Shown: positions 50,001 to 61,899 of the stretch, piece by piece
Layout of the letters: the number at the start of each line of letters is the position of its first letter
How positions within the stretch are numbered: the first letter of the stretch is position 1
Source of the DNA: a virus
Taxonomy: Duplodnaviria > Caudoviricetes
Virus record (IMG/VR): IMGVR_UViG_3300027969_000040
DNA length: 64,000 nucleotides
Strand: one strand, 5' to 3'
Position numbers and translations under genes: made by a program
The notes under the pieces: generated by a model
Told to the model about the DNA's origin: nothing
The model's database searches: none
The model's input: only the letters and a program-made list of their open reading frames with translations

Positions 50001-52272
50001 AATCAGTTATGTATGCCGCACTGTTTGCAGACAACAATAATAGCGATGTTGCACTGGCACTGGCAATTGCTTGAATGTTAAGTATTGGGTTACCAGTCTG
50101 GGTAGCAGTCAGTGGCGCAGTGGGTGGTGTGAAGTTGCCTGTATAGACTGCAACACCTTTGACTATACGTGCATTAGTTATGTATCCAGAAAAGACGTTA
50201 CTAGAATCATTTGTTTGTCTACCAATTGATATTCCACCAGTGGTACCAAAGGCTTGGGTCAATGCTCCTGGGCTGGTTGCTGCAAGCACGCCGTTTACAT
50301 AAATTTTTAAGTTTCCAACGGCAGAGCCCGAACGAACCACAGCAATATGATACCAAGAGTTTATAGTCACTGCCGATGCTGCTGTGCCAAAAAAGGTAGC
50401 AGCGGAGGCGGCAGTGGCATAACCAAGAGCAACTGCTCCAGTAGTTAACAATTGAAGTTGGCATTGGCCAACGATGTATGATCCGGATGCATTGCTAAAT
50501 AGATCAATAGTTTGTTGAGTAGCAGCCAAACTTCTTGTATATATCCAACATTCTATGGTGAAATCACCAGTTCCAAAACTAAATGCTGCATTGGCAGGCA
50601 CAGTCAAATAACTACTAGAACCATTGAAAAATAGGGCGCCACCAGGTGCATAGTCGGCCGATCCACCAAAAGTTTCTTGGTTTAGCCCAGGTGCTGCATT
50701 ACCACTGGTTCCTTGCCCAAGTACGCCAACACCGCCGCCACCGGTGCCGATGGGGTAAGGTGCATTGCCAGCATAATACCCCAAGCCGCCGCCAGCGCCT
50801 CCGCCTGTACCTGCTGTAGTAACGTTACCAGTTGGCCCAAACATGCCGTTACCGCCTGCACCAGTGTATCCACCACCTCCGCCCCCGCCGGCAGTAGCGA
50901 ATGTGGCTCCAGTGGCTGTTGTTCCGCCAGTACCACCGAGGCCGCCGCCATCACCGAGAAATGATCCGCCAGCGCCGCCGGTGTTATTAATGGCGCCGCT
51001 GCCGCCAACACCTAAAACAGTTGTTCTATTAATGAAGTAACTGTCGCCGCCGGCACCACCTATGCTCACACCACCGCTGCCTAATGAACTTGGGCCACCA
51101 ATCCCTCTTGAACCAACAACAACAGTATAACTGGTTCCTGGTGTTACTGAGATGTTATTTCGCCATCCCAGGCCACCCCCGCCACCGCCCTCGCCACCAG
51201 AGTAGCCATTGTGTCCACTCCAGCCTGAGTTGCCACCGCCACCTGCACCAACGGCTACCGCCGACACACTGGTAACACCCGCAGGGCATACCCAAGTTGC
51301 ATTGCTGGTAAACAATTGTTGATAAACCAAATTGGCAGTTACTAGACTACCACCAGCGTCCACAGGTGTTAGTGTGCTGTAGGTGATTGGATACGTTGCT
51401 GGGTTGAGCACTGTAAATGCATTGGCACTGGAATCTGTGATATAGGTTGGCGCAGAAGTTACATTTAGTAATAGCGATGTTCCTGTTACATTGGCAGCCA
51501 GGGTAGTTGGCACTGATGCTCCATATAGTGCAACACCGTTGACAAATCTAAAGTTATTAATGTATCCATTAAAGAATTGACCAGTGTTGCTATTTCCAAT
51601 CATTAGCACGTTGTCTGTCCAGCTGACTGTTTGAGTTGCACTATTTGTTAATGTGCCATTCATCCAACAGGCATGTACATTTGCACGTCTGGTATAAGCG
51701 ACATGCATCCAACTGTTAGTTGGTATGCTTCCAGCCGACCCCGGAAGTCCAGCACTTGGTGGTACTACCCAATTACTACTGTTACTACGTATACCCATGC
51801 CATTAGCGTTACTGATAAACCAGTGCCACCCAGCATTACTACCACCTGCGGTTGTGCTGGCAATTGCTTCAGTTGCCGTACCGGGTGTGCTAATATATAT
51901 CCAGCATTCTGCTGTAAAATCTCCCACTCCGGTGGCAAAAGCAGCAGAGTTTGCGGCTGTTGTTAATTGAGCAGCACCACCAAAATAGACTGGATAGTTA
52001 AGACCAGTAGTTGGCAAGAATGGATTGTTTAAATCTGGGCGAGCAGAGCCAGCTGGGACAACGGTTAGTGCGTTTGAACTAGCATCGGTATTGTATACTG
52101 GTGCTGTGGTATCAGCTTGTATTTCTAAAATAACACTTTTTCTATAGGGATCATTTGTGGTCCAAGTATCTGCACCTGTATATTTGGCAGTGTCGGCCGT
52201 GGACCAAACTCCACCATCTGCTGGATATATTGTAGTTGAAGTTATTAGTCCACCTGGGAATTTTTTTGCCAT
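41074..52272 (-). CDS. Giant 3732-aa fibre/accessory protein with 15 LamG/ConA-like domains (nested) and one Gly-rich domain
   Basis: Fifteen copies of the core-ending G.I.N/D.R...G/S.A.Y motif counted by eye, and fifteen LL...D.S..TN.G segments. Confidence 0.85.
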   Translation of the reverse strand: MAKKFPGGLITSTTIYPADGGVWSTADTAKYTGADTWTTNDPYRKSVILEIQADTTAPVYNTDASSNALTVVPAGSARPDLNNPFLPTTGLNYPVYFGGAAQLTTAANSAAFATGVGDFTAECWIYISTPGTATEAIASTTAGGSNAGWHWFISNANGMGIRSNSSNWVVPPSAGLPGSAGSIPTNSWMHVAYTRRANVHACWMNGTLTNSATQTVSWTDNVLMIGNSNTGQFFNGYINNFRFVNGVALYGASVPTTLAANVTGTSLLLNVTSAPTYITDSSANAFTVLNPATYPITYSTLTPVDAGGSLVTANLVYQQLFTSNATWVCPAGVTSVSAVAVGAGGGGNSGWSGHNGYSGGEGGGGGGLGWRNNISVTPGTSYTVVVGSRGIGGPSSLGSGGVSIGGAGGDSYFINRTTVLGVGGSGAINNTGGAGGSFLGDGGGLGGTGGTTATGATFATAGGGGGGGYTGAGGNGMFGPTGNVTTAGTGGGAGGGLGYYAGNAPYPIGTGGGGVGVLGQGTSGNAAPGLNQETFGGSADYAPGGALFFNGSSSYLTVPANAAFSFGTGDFTIECWIYTRSLAATQQTIDLFSNASGSYIVGQCQLQLLTTGAVALGYATAASAATFFGTAASAVTINSWYHIAVVRSGSAVGNLKIYVNGVLAATSPGALTQAFGTTGGISIGRQTNDSSNVFSGYITNARIVKGVAVYTGNFTPPTAPLTATQTGNPILNIQAIASASATSLLLLSANSAAYITDLSTTPNTITNTGVIYRLTTPFGTGNGGGARGWAVGAPGGITTLGYNPGGDFGGGGGGGSDNSGQAPIGGYGGQGAVRIIWGPGRSFPNTLTTDQSLNIQYLQVANNAAFQVGAGDFAVDLWIYPTTVVGLQRVFSISNSTIASNADEGIVLEMNNAAMTATIYSGVTAYTITESAGVLSPNIWYYYRLIRTGTTLSLYRTAGLSGSVAVSTVSVNWSASFQTYIGAWINGPSRPFVGYITNIRVVKGTLVIVTGNFTPSTVPLTAVQDLNVNGFPSAAITAGQTKLLALQNSTFVDNSGNNLTLTNTNAAIRPTQARAPFASALTLSGDNATLGSTYFNGTTDYFTIADAPEFNIGVLNTTLEAWIWTTLTTPTGAVFAKRGTTALFSGYQLAFASTLAPVFNASTDGATWTVAITSNASIKAGLWNHVAVTKSSNTWSVWVNGNISGTATVAGNVHTNVAPLSIGSGAGTTPGLYWTGYISNFRKVLGIAVYTGNFTPSTSSLTSTQASGTNITAIDQPVVKNYSVYLNGVNQYLTAPNNTGYVFGAAEFTVETWIYVTDITRANASIVSLWTTAGGKAFQMRTMSGNIRVDYNTTLFQSSPSSVIAANTWYHVAWVKSTANSNVYLNGSLVSSVAAPASITASTALLSVGFGLDGQGTTYYFPGYISNMRLVKGVAIYTANFTPATTALTSSQTANQNGVPSRAIVGAGSASYSYSFSGSNYLTIPTSTTFQFGTDNFTAEAWVYRSIAWTAQNIFFGQWSGSTGGTTLSWVVMTSNNVSGFARFLLSVDGSTVLTDSVSSSVIALNQWNHLAFVRNGDIFTLYLNGTSVVTYSSGTPSLYAATNTISIGASSAGTQPFTGYISNFRLVKSIAVYTTTFTPATASLTNVQTANQNGLPSAAINYAAAYSGVFNGLTQYLYVPGTNSQFAFGTGDFTIEMWIYQNARSATNGWLYDSRPAGTGSGASHVCFGVGPAGEIFNGTISLNTWYHIAICRSGTTQTTYINGVQSSSGTSTTNWLNGTNRPIIGTDGNVPLSPGYIFNGYITNLRVVKGVAVYTGNFTVPTLPLATTQSSSSNIAAITGLQTSMLTLQGAAITDASAYVNTITNVGGTTASLLTPTLPPKYYYASFNGSTQYLTVPHSTAINLSTGDFTIEAWVYTTVLNGQNGIFGKRELLQYIGVIFRVLNTTNKLVMQIASSSGTSWAIDSNLDFGLPALTTNTWYHVALVRSGSSFRIYQNGVGGTVYTYAGTISHTTAPGYIGKSDGASGDQFWNGYISNFRIVKDVAVYTGNFTPPTIQLSTIQNASSNIAAVTGTQASLLTLQNNTIIDNSANSAAITNVGGISIATDSTQIPAYVIVLTAQAATIVDNSTLPVSITNTGTVTSIAVNPFTSTTSLLIAQSRTIVDTSGGAIAITNQGVTGVSVNNPFTAYAGTSVLTSQYNVSNNNNFFSDNSFNNYLIVRAGTATQGAVNPFVTGWSYQFNGSTDYYTASTAIEWAFLHNGIEDWTVRFWIYPRSSSLMVPLATTNVAGQTGISIELNNTTYGGVTGSMSVVFFNATGSAVTNPAFNSNPVVVLNQWNYIAVTFTANTKTVGFYINGLAAGSSSLPSFVYNTAAPTNTLNIGRNPAGTAYFSGYISNLQIDKGVQSTVQPIAPLTTVAGTGTYSVLFNGTTSYLAAPLAVVTTLTSDYTVEAWIYMTAVATGITYATSVNIISGNVGVTSYQTWGITNAGYIVAARNGLSYQTVTATTPSLNTWTHIAFVNRSNTVTVYLAGNNVGTIAQTGTWGTTANTTVIGGWSGTGGKFTGHISNLRVTNGQALYTANFTPSTTAISNVTTNYSTNFALLASSLSFNGTTQYISITGTTGDALDLATGALNWTIETWFYLTSVASNRVIFGKGGATGTVNPSYIFNINAGTGTWTLGNGGSGAAAAQTIIGTFVISTWYHFALVRNGNTITAYVNGVSQTPVSLAAVMSNTGNNLLTIGANSDGNLLPFAGYISNFRIVKGLAVYTSNFVVSTGQLTSTQIANQNGNPSAAIPNLSYTSLLLNGTAGYITDTGGYSLTVTNTNLVVSADIAPALNSLPAYSTVPDNVALQMGTGDFTIEAWIYYTTTTGPTYFVGTGSGAGTYRIGVNNATGAVVFYSVNNILLITTPTNTITINTWAHVAAVRASGIITIYINGQAMASAANLDNYSAGLTAIGSWSATTVSSWAGYLTNLRITKGAAIYQSIAFTVPTVGLTTITQPVVPYSVYFNGSSYLTATSNSFVIGTGDFTVECWVWVDPAADSLAGIVTSTTQTTSGFILARNGAGIANANSAGVNFISWTLPTSTWTHVVLTMQSNRLFAFVNGTFISSMTSTFSNLSDTVRLGSRYADSNPFPFIGYISNLRILSGVALYTTVNFLPPTTSLTAIANTIFLTAQSATAIDNSTNAISITATGNPAFNSGGSSVPFGYTNLLAARSSTLTDSGPYAFTLTNVGPPTTTALVNPFGTGITNLLAAGNATVVDSSVNAYAMVNNLATVSTASPFAAGTSLLTLKDSYAVDRSVYARTLTRAGTPTVENFSPYPPAGSWSNSAYGGTVVLNGTADYLNLPASSLVLGISNFTLECWFYSFGLLTAQPKLIDNFIGIAAAFQTGQWQLGFSATGLLQFGYATGVSTTVYVTGTVALLPNQFYHVAVVRTGTGTNQITIYVNGAVYAQGTIADSFGVAGTTTGGSIGRQTGSNTLFFNGYIGGIRLVNGTALYTSAFTPPAAPPTTVANTALLIGNTVTSAINDPSSRSAIRSVAGAAQVVNSVYRYGTGSVYFNGSSNYLTVPYSDVKFNFGAVSDFTIEFWMRAAALPGTSAQLFDTRPASTNGAYHLIYLSSDGTVRYYVSTADRITSAASAIAINTWYHIALVRYVNTTTLYINGVVAGTPWADTTAYISASIVNIGAGYSGGATISNYFNGYIDDLRVTKSVARYTGAFTPPSKMVS

Positions 52273-52284
52273 TATTGATCCATT

Positions 52285-53952
52285 TTACACAACAAACGCC
52301 GCGCTGGTAGTAAATGCATGATAAACATAACCGCCACTAATACTTATATTTCCTCCAGTGGCCGCGGCCGCAGAACCAGGATATCTGACAACAACTAGTC
52401 CACTACCGCCTGCACCTGGAACATTATCATAGTAGCTACCGCCACCGCCCCCTCCCGAATTTGCAATACCATTTGTTGCTGCCACAGCATTGAGAACACT
52501 ACCACCGCGGCCGCCGCCGCCAAGACCAGCGGCTGTAATTGGGGATAATGTAGAGTATGTGACAGAACCAACGTTGGTTATAGTATATCCAAAGGCACCA
52601 GTATCAGTAAATGCAGCAGCCGATGATGAGGCTGTTAATAATACAGAAGTAGTGCCACTTGTAACTGCGGCAACATTACTGCCACCAAAAGGATTAGCAG
52701 CTTGCACCGCAGTCAATGGGCCCGCCGGCGGGGTAAAATCGCCAGTGTATACTGCTATACCATTTACCATTCTAAAATTGGTAATGTAACCATAGAACGG
52801 ATATGTGTAACTTGATGTAGCACCACGTCCAATCTGTAATATAGTCCGAGATGTCCAAGCCGGTACTGTTCCAGTGGCAATCTGTACACCATTAACAAAT
52901 AATCGAGCAGTAGTACCCGATCTTGAAAATGCCACGTGATACCAAGTCAATGTTGAGAAAGTGTATCCAGCAGAGACAAAATATAGTGTATTGTTAACTG
53001 CTTTATAAACAACAGTTAACCCACCGGGTTGAAAGTAAAATTGCCACGTGGCACTACTAGCACCATCGCCTTCGGCTGCAATTGCAGATGCCCGGATGTA
53101 CTGATTTGCGTTTGCTGGGTCTGGCATTGTAGTTATATACATCCAAGCTTCAACTGTATGGTCACTGCTGACCCAGCCTCCTGCATTGGTTGCACTTAGA
53201 TAGTTGCTGCCATTGAATAATAGTGCTCCAGACTGGCCCCCACCTAATCCATTAGTAACTGTGGCTCCAGCAGCACCACCACCGCCACCACTGGCATATG
53301 TATTTCCATCAAACCAAGTATATCCAACTCCGCCCTGACCTGATGCAGTTGTAATTCCAAGCCCGCCAACTCCGCCGGCGCCGCCGCCGCCACTGGAATA
53401 TGTAGCTGCACCACCGGCGCCGCCTGCAAAGCCTAGTCCGCCGCTGGCAGATGATGGTTGATTAGCGGCACCTGCGCCAATGCCCGACATGCCTCCACCA
53501 GACCCTCCAGCCAGTAATGCTTGCGGAACTCCAGTGCCCGTGGTGTAACTGCCGCCGCCTTGTCCTCCACCTAATGCAGTAAATCCATTAAATGTTGAAC
53601 TTAATCCAGTGGATAGCGCAGCAGTACTATTACCACTGTTTAAAACAATTGCCGGCCCGCCTGCACCTATAGTAACTGTATATGATCCGGTTGATGTAAT
53701 GAATCCAGTTTTGACCACAACACCGCCGGCACCGCCACCACCGCCTTGCCAAGCTAGAGCAGCATCACCTGTACCCCCTCCGCCACCGCCACCAACTATA
53801 ATATAGTCAATTGACAATTGTCCCGGACCTGGCCAGACACCTGCTTGTTTATTTTGCATCTGCTGCGACAATGTCCAAAATCCGCTACCATTGATATTGG
53901 TAGGATTATAATTCGATCCTGAAATTATTCCGCCAGGATATCTCTTGCTCAT
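52285..53952 (-). CDS. Gly-rich accessory protein with one inserted LamG domain
   Basis: MSKRYPGG N-terminus; IDYIIVGGGGGGG ... GGSGLVVVRYPG...ATGG...YVYHAFT; LamG domain in the middle. Confidence 0.78.
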   Translation of the reverse strand: MSKRYPGGIISGSNYNPTNINGSGFWTLSQQMQNKQAGVWPGPGQLSIDYIIVGGGGGGGTGDAALAWQGGGGGAGGVVVKTGFITSTGSYTVTIGAGGPAIVLNSGNSTAALSTGLSSTFNGFTALGGGQGGGSYTTGTGVPQALLAGGSGGGMSGIGAGAANQPSSASGGLGFAGGAGGAATYSSGGGGAGGVGGLGITTASGQGGVGYTWFDGNTYASGGGGGAAGATVTNGLGGGQSGALLFNGSNYLSATNAGGWVSSDHTVEAWMYITTMPDPANANQYIRASAIAAEGDGASSATWQFYFQPGGLTVVYKAVNNTLYFVSAGYTFSTLTWYHVAFSRSGTTARLFVNGVQIATGTVPAWTSRTILQIGRGATSSYTYPFYGYITNFRMVNGIAVYTGDFTPPAGPLTAVQAANPFGGSNVAAVTSGTTSVLLTASSSAAAFTDTGAFGYTITNVGSVTYSTLSPITAAGLGGGGRGGSVLNAVAATNGIANSGGGGGGSYYDNVPGAGGSGLVVVRYPGSAAAATGGNISISGGYVYHAFTTSAAFVV

Positions 53953-53953
53953 A

Positions 53954-54316
53954 CTAGCTGATTTCCTCGTAGCTAACTGTGACTACTAGTGCGCTGGCTG
54001 TTGGGGTTACCGCAGTAATGCTAGTATTTTCTTCTAAATAGTATTGGCTACTTTTATCAATAACGTTTAGTGTACTCTTAGACGGTACACTCACGTTTGC
54101 CACAATAGGAAAAGCTGTCGATCCGTTATAGTAACTTACTGTAACTTCCGCTGCTGTTGAAGTGTTAGTGTTAGCTACGTTGAGTACGTTTATTTTAAAA
54201 ACTTTTCCTGAACTAGCACCATTGGTTAATACTGTTGTTACTGTTGTACTAGTAAGTGATGTTCCGGTTGTTTTTCCTGTAATTGTTGCTACATTAATTA
54301 TATTTGGTGCTGCCAT
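53954..54316 (-). CDS. Small adaptor-like beta-sandwich protein
   Basis: MAAPNIINVATITGKT...VSVP.KSTL.VIDK...YLEE...VSYEEIS. Confidence 0.6.
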   Translation of the reverse strand: MAAPNIINVATITGKTTGTSLTSTTVTTVLTNGASSGKVFKINVLNVANTNTSTAAEVTVSYYNGSTAFPIVANVSVPSKSTLNVIDKSSQYYLEENTSITAVTPTASALVVTVSYEEIS

Positions 54317-54320
54317 ATTG

Positions 54321-59480
<5,160 letters not shown>

Positions 59481-59544
59481 AGTTCATTTTCCCTATAGGC
59501 TTGTATTGTTATTTATGCAGAATAACGAAAGCCTAGCTTGGGGA

Positions 59545-60138
59545 TTAATTTTGCATTACATATCCCAATGCAGTACCTGATCCTAGCGTAGTGCGCTGAT
59601 AAGTGATAGTAACATTGGCACTATCCCCGGATGCTAACAAATCAATATTGCCAGTTGTAATGTCTGATGCATAATTAGCTACTTCAAAATCTGAATGGCT
59701 CAATAATACTGCATATTCAGTAAAAAATGCAGTAGTTCCATTATTGATACAATCAATTGTGCTAAATTTGTATCTATTATTGATATTATCTTTGGCTGTT
59801 AGCACCCATCTAACAGAAGTAGTGCCAGATAAGGATACATAGTCAGCTACATCCAACTCATCACTAATAGTAATTCTACCGTTATAAATGTTACTTTGCA
59901 CAAAATACGGCGACCCATCAGTTTTTAAAATATTACCAGTGGTAACACTAGAAGTAGTAATATTACTAGTCCATACACGTTGTCCAGATGTAGTTGTAGT
60001 TAATATGCTATTGTTCGCCGATGTTCCTAAATTAGGCTCAGCTTCATTTAATGCCAGGAATTGATATCTATCATCACTTACTTCTGCAGGAGGTGTTACC
60101 GGAATACGCCCGCTAGTGAGAATACGATTTGTTTTCAT
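59545..60138 (-). CDS. Fibre-associated structural protein
   Basis: N-terminal SGR.....P.....DRYQFL.L.EAEPNLG; C-terminal beta domain (FFTEYAVL). Confidence 0.55.
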   Translation of the reverse strand: MKTNRILTSGRIPVTPPAEVSDDRYQFLALNEAEPNLGTSANNSILTTTTSGQRVWTSNITTSSVTTGNILKTDGSPYFVQSNIYNGRITISDELDVADYVSLSGTTSVRWVLTAKDNINNRYKFSTIDCINNGTTAFFTEYAVLLSHSDFEVANYASDITTGNIDLLASGDSANVTITYQRTTLGSGTALGYVMQN

Positions 60139-60139
60139 A

Positions 60140-60472
60140 TTATGGATTTATACTTTCAATAATACTAATAATCATCTGACTTGCATTTGAAATTGATGCA
60201 TTAGCTTTTAAAGAATCCCCAGTTTGCAAAATTAATTTGCCGCCGATAATATTAATTGCGTCACGTTTTGGGACTAATCCATTTTTAATTAAATTAGTTG
60301 GCACCGAACTTCTGATAAAATCAGATGTAACCGAAATAGTCGATTCGCTAGTATTACTAATTTGTGCCAACAATACAATACTAGTATATCCGCTAGGTGT
60401 TGTATATACAGTGGTACTAGTTGGTGTTAAGTTTGCTGTGTATGTTTTAAAAACATTAATTGGGGTTGTCAT
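60140..60472 (-). CDS. Small adaptor-like beta-sandwich protein
   Basis: VFKT....L.....TVYT.P.GY.SIVLLAQI.N...GKLIL..GDSL...IISI.ES; same size and layout as the 120-aa ORF. Confidence 0.55.
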   Translation of the reverse strand: MTTPINVFKTYTANLTPTSTTVYTTPSGYTSIVLLAQISNTSESTISVTSDFIRSSVPTNLIKNGLVPKRDAINIIGGKLILQTGDSLKANASISNASQMIISIIESINP

Positions 60473-60474
60473 AA

Positions 60475-61803
60475 TTATCCTTCAAGAGCTAATATATATG
60501 GTGTCATCATAGCAAACATACTGCGTGTAAAGCTATCACCAGTGATAGAACCCGTTGTTTGGTTAATAGTTAAATTTGTTCCAATTTTAAAATTACCTTT
60601 ATGATCGGTTCCAGTAAATGTAACCCGGCCGCCATTGATTGCTGTTACTTCATTGGCCTCAATTGGTATTCCGCCATATTGTGGTAATGCTGTTAGTGGA
60701 TTTGTGCCGGCGCCAACGTATTCAAACGTATGTGCGCTGGCAATAATAGCACTGCGTTGATAGAATCTCACTGTGGTATTATCGTCCAGGATGTTTATAT
60801 AGTTTTCTTGTACAGTAACTTCGTATGTTAATCCGTCAACTTGTCTGACTGTATCAATACTATAATAATTACCGTCGCCATCAATGGTCATTGTTTGATT
60901 GACTTTTGGTTGTGCTGCTAGGCCTCTGATTTGAAATACACCATTGGTGCTAGCACCAAATGTAGTTCCCAACAATGCTTCTGGGCCCTTGCCATCTGCT
61001 ACCAATCCGTAATTACCAATACTAGAATCGCTTCCATTTAATGTACAAAATGCACCAGACTCACAATGTATACCAATGTCGCAAGCAATTGTATATATGT
61101 TAACCAATTGACTGTATCCCAAATTGGTAATGTGTACACCTTTTCCACCTTTGTTGATTATTGTAAAGAACCCTAAAATCATTGCTTTGGTACTACTAGC
61201 ACTGGTCAAACTACCATCAATTTTAACAGCGGTACCAGTTGTAGTGCTACTGGTAATGTTCTGTATGTATGGACTTACATAGACGTTTTGTGTTGGGGTT
61301 GAGGGATTGTAGCTGAATCCGTTGGCTAGATAATCTTTAATAGTTAGCCCCCATACATAGCAGCCAGCTTTTAAATAGAATAAATCAGAACTTGCTGTTT
61401 GTGGTATTACTGTTACTGTGCGCAAATCGTTTCCAACTAAGCTAACTCCAGCAGGGACCGTAACAGGATTATCTTCAGTATAGATGCCGGGTGCTACATG
61501 TACACTAGTCCCTGATGTAGCTGCTGCCAGTCCTGCTTTAATAGTTAATTTGGGTGTAGTAAGACCACCCCGGCTAGTGTCATCGCCATTTTTAGCTACA
61601 TAAATTATGTTACTACTGGCATCTAAACTAATGTTACCTGTAATTATTGTTGCATTTCCAATTGATTTAATGGAATTATCTGAATGTTTAACATAAAAAA
61701 CGCCATCGGCTGTATTAACAGCCACTTCGCCAATTTCAAGATCCGCAGCGTCTGGTATTTTTCCAGCTACCGCTGAGCGTTTTAATTTAATTTTATTTGC
61801 CAT
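60475..61803 (-). CDS. Tailspike-like protein: Mtd-N-type N-terminal domain plus a pectin-lyase-like beta-helix
   Basis: I.LKRS..AGK.P....L..GE.AVNT.DG..YVK; IYVAKNGDD...TIK.GLAAA..G..V.VAPG.Y.E..P...P.GVSLVG.DLR. Confidence 0.6.
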   Translation of the reverse strand: MANKIKLKRSAVAGKIPDAADLEIGEVAVNTADGVFYVKHSDNSIKSIGNATIITGNISLDASSNIIYVAKNGDDTSRGGLTTPKLTIKAGLAAATSGTSVHVAPGIYTEDNPVTVPAGVSLVGNDLRTVTVIPQTASSDLFYLKAGCYVWGLTIKDYLANGFSYNPSTPTQNVYVSPYIQNITSSTTTGTAVKIDGSLTSASSTKAMILGFFTIINKGGKGVHITNLGYSQLVNIYTIACDIGIHCESGAFCTLNGSDSSIGNYGLVADGKGPEALLGTTFGASTNGVFQIRGLAAQPKVNQTMTIDGDGNYYSIDTVRQVDGLTYEVTVQENYINILDDNTTVRFYQRSAIIASAHTFEYVGAGTNPLTALPQYGGIPIEANEVTAINGGRVTFTGTDHKGNFKIGTNLTINQTTGSITGDSFTRSMFAMMTPYILALEG

Positions 61804-61840
61804 AATTATGGTCTGTCCTAAGTGCTATATAGCCAACGTA

Positions 61841-61870
61841 TAAAATAAAACCGGGGTATCGAAGCCCCGG
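61841..61870 (-). terminator. Intrinsic terminator
   Basis: CCGGGG-CTTCGATA-CCCCGG followed by TTTTATTTTA on the minus strand. Confidence 0.75.
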
Positions 61871-61899
61871 CTATTATACTTCAATAAAGTATTTATTCT

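Noticed and set aside
21219-53952. Diversity-generating retroelement or shufflon acting on the lectin domains
   Set aside because: No reverse transcriptase or invertase is in the window, I saw no near-identical TR/VR pair differing only at adenines, and all genes are co-oriented. An element acting in trans from outside the window cannot be excluded.
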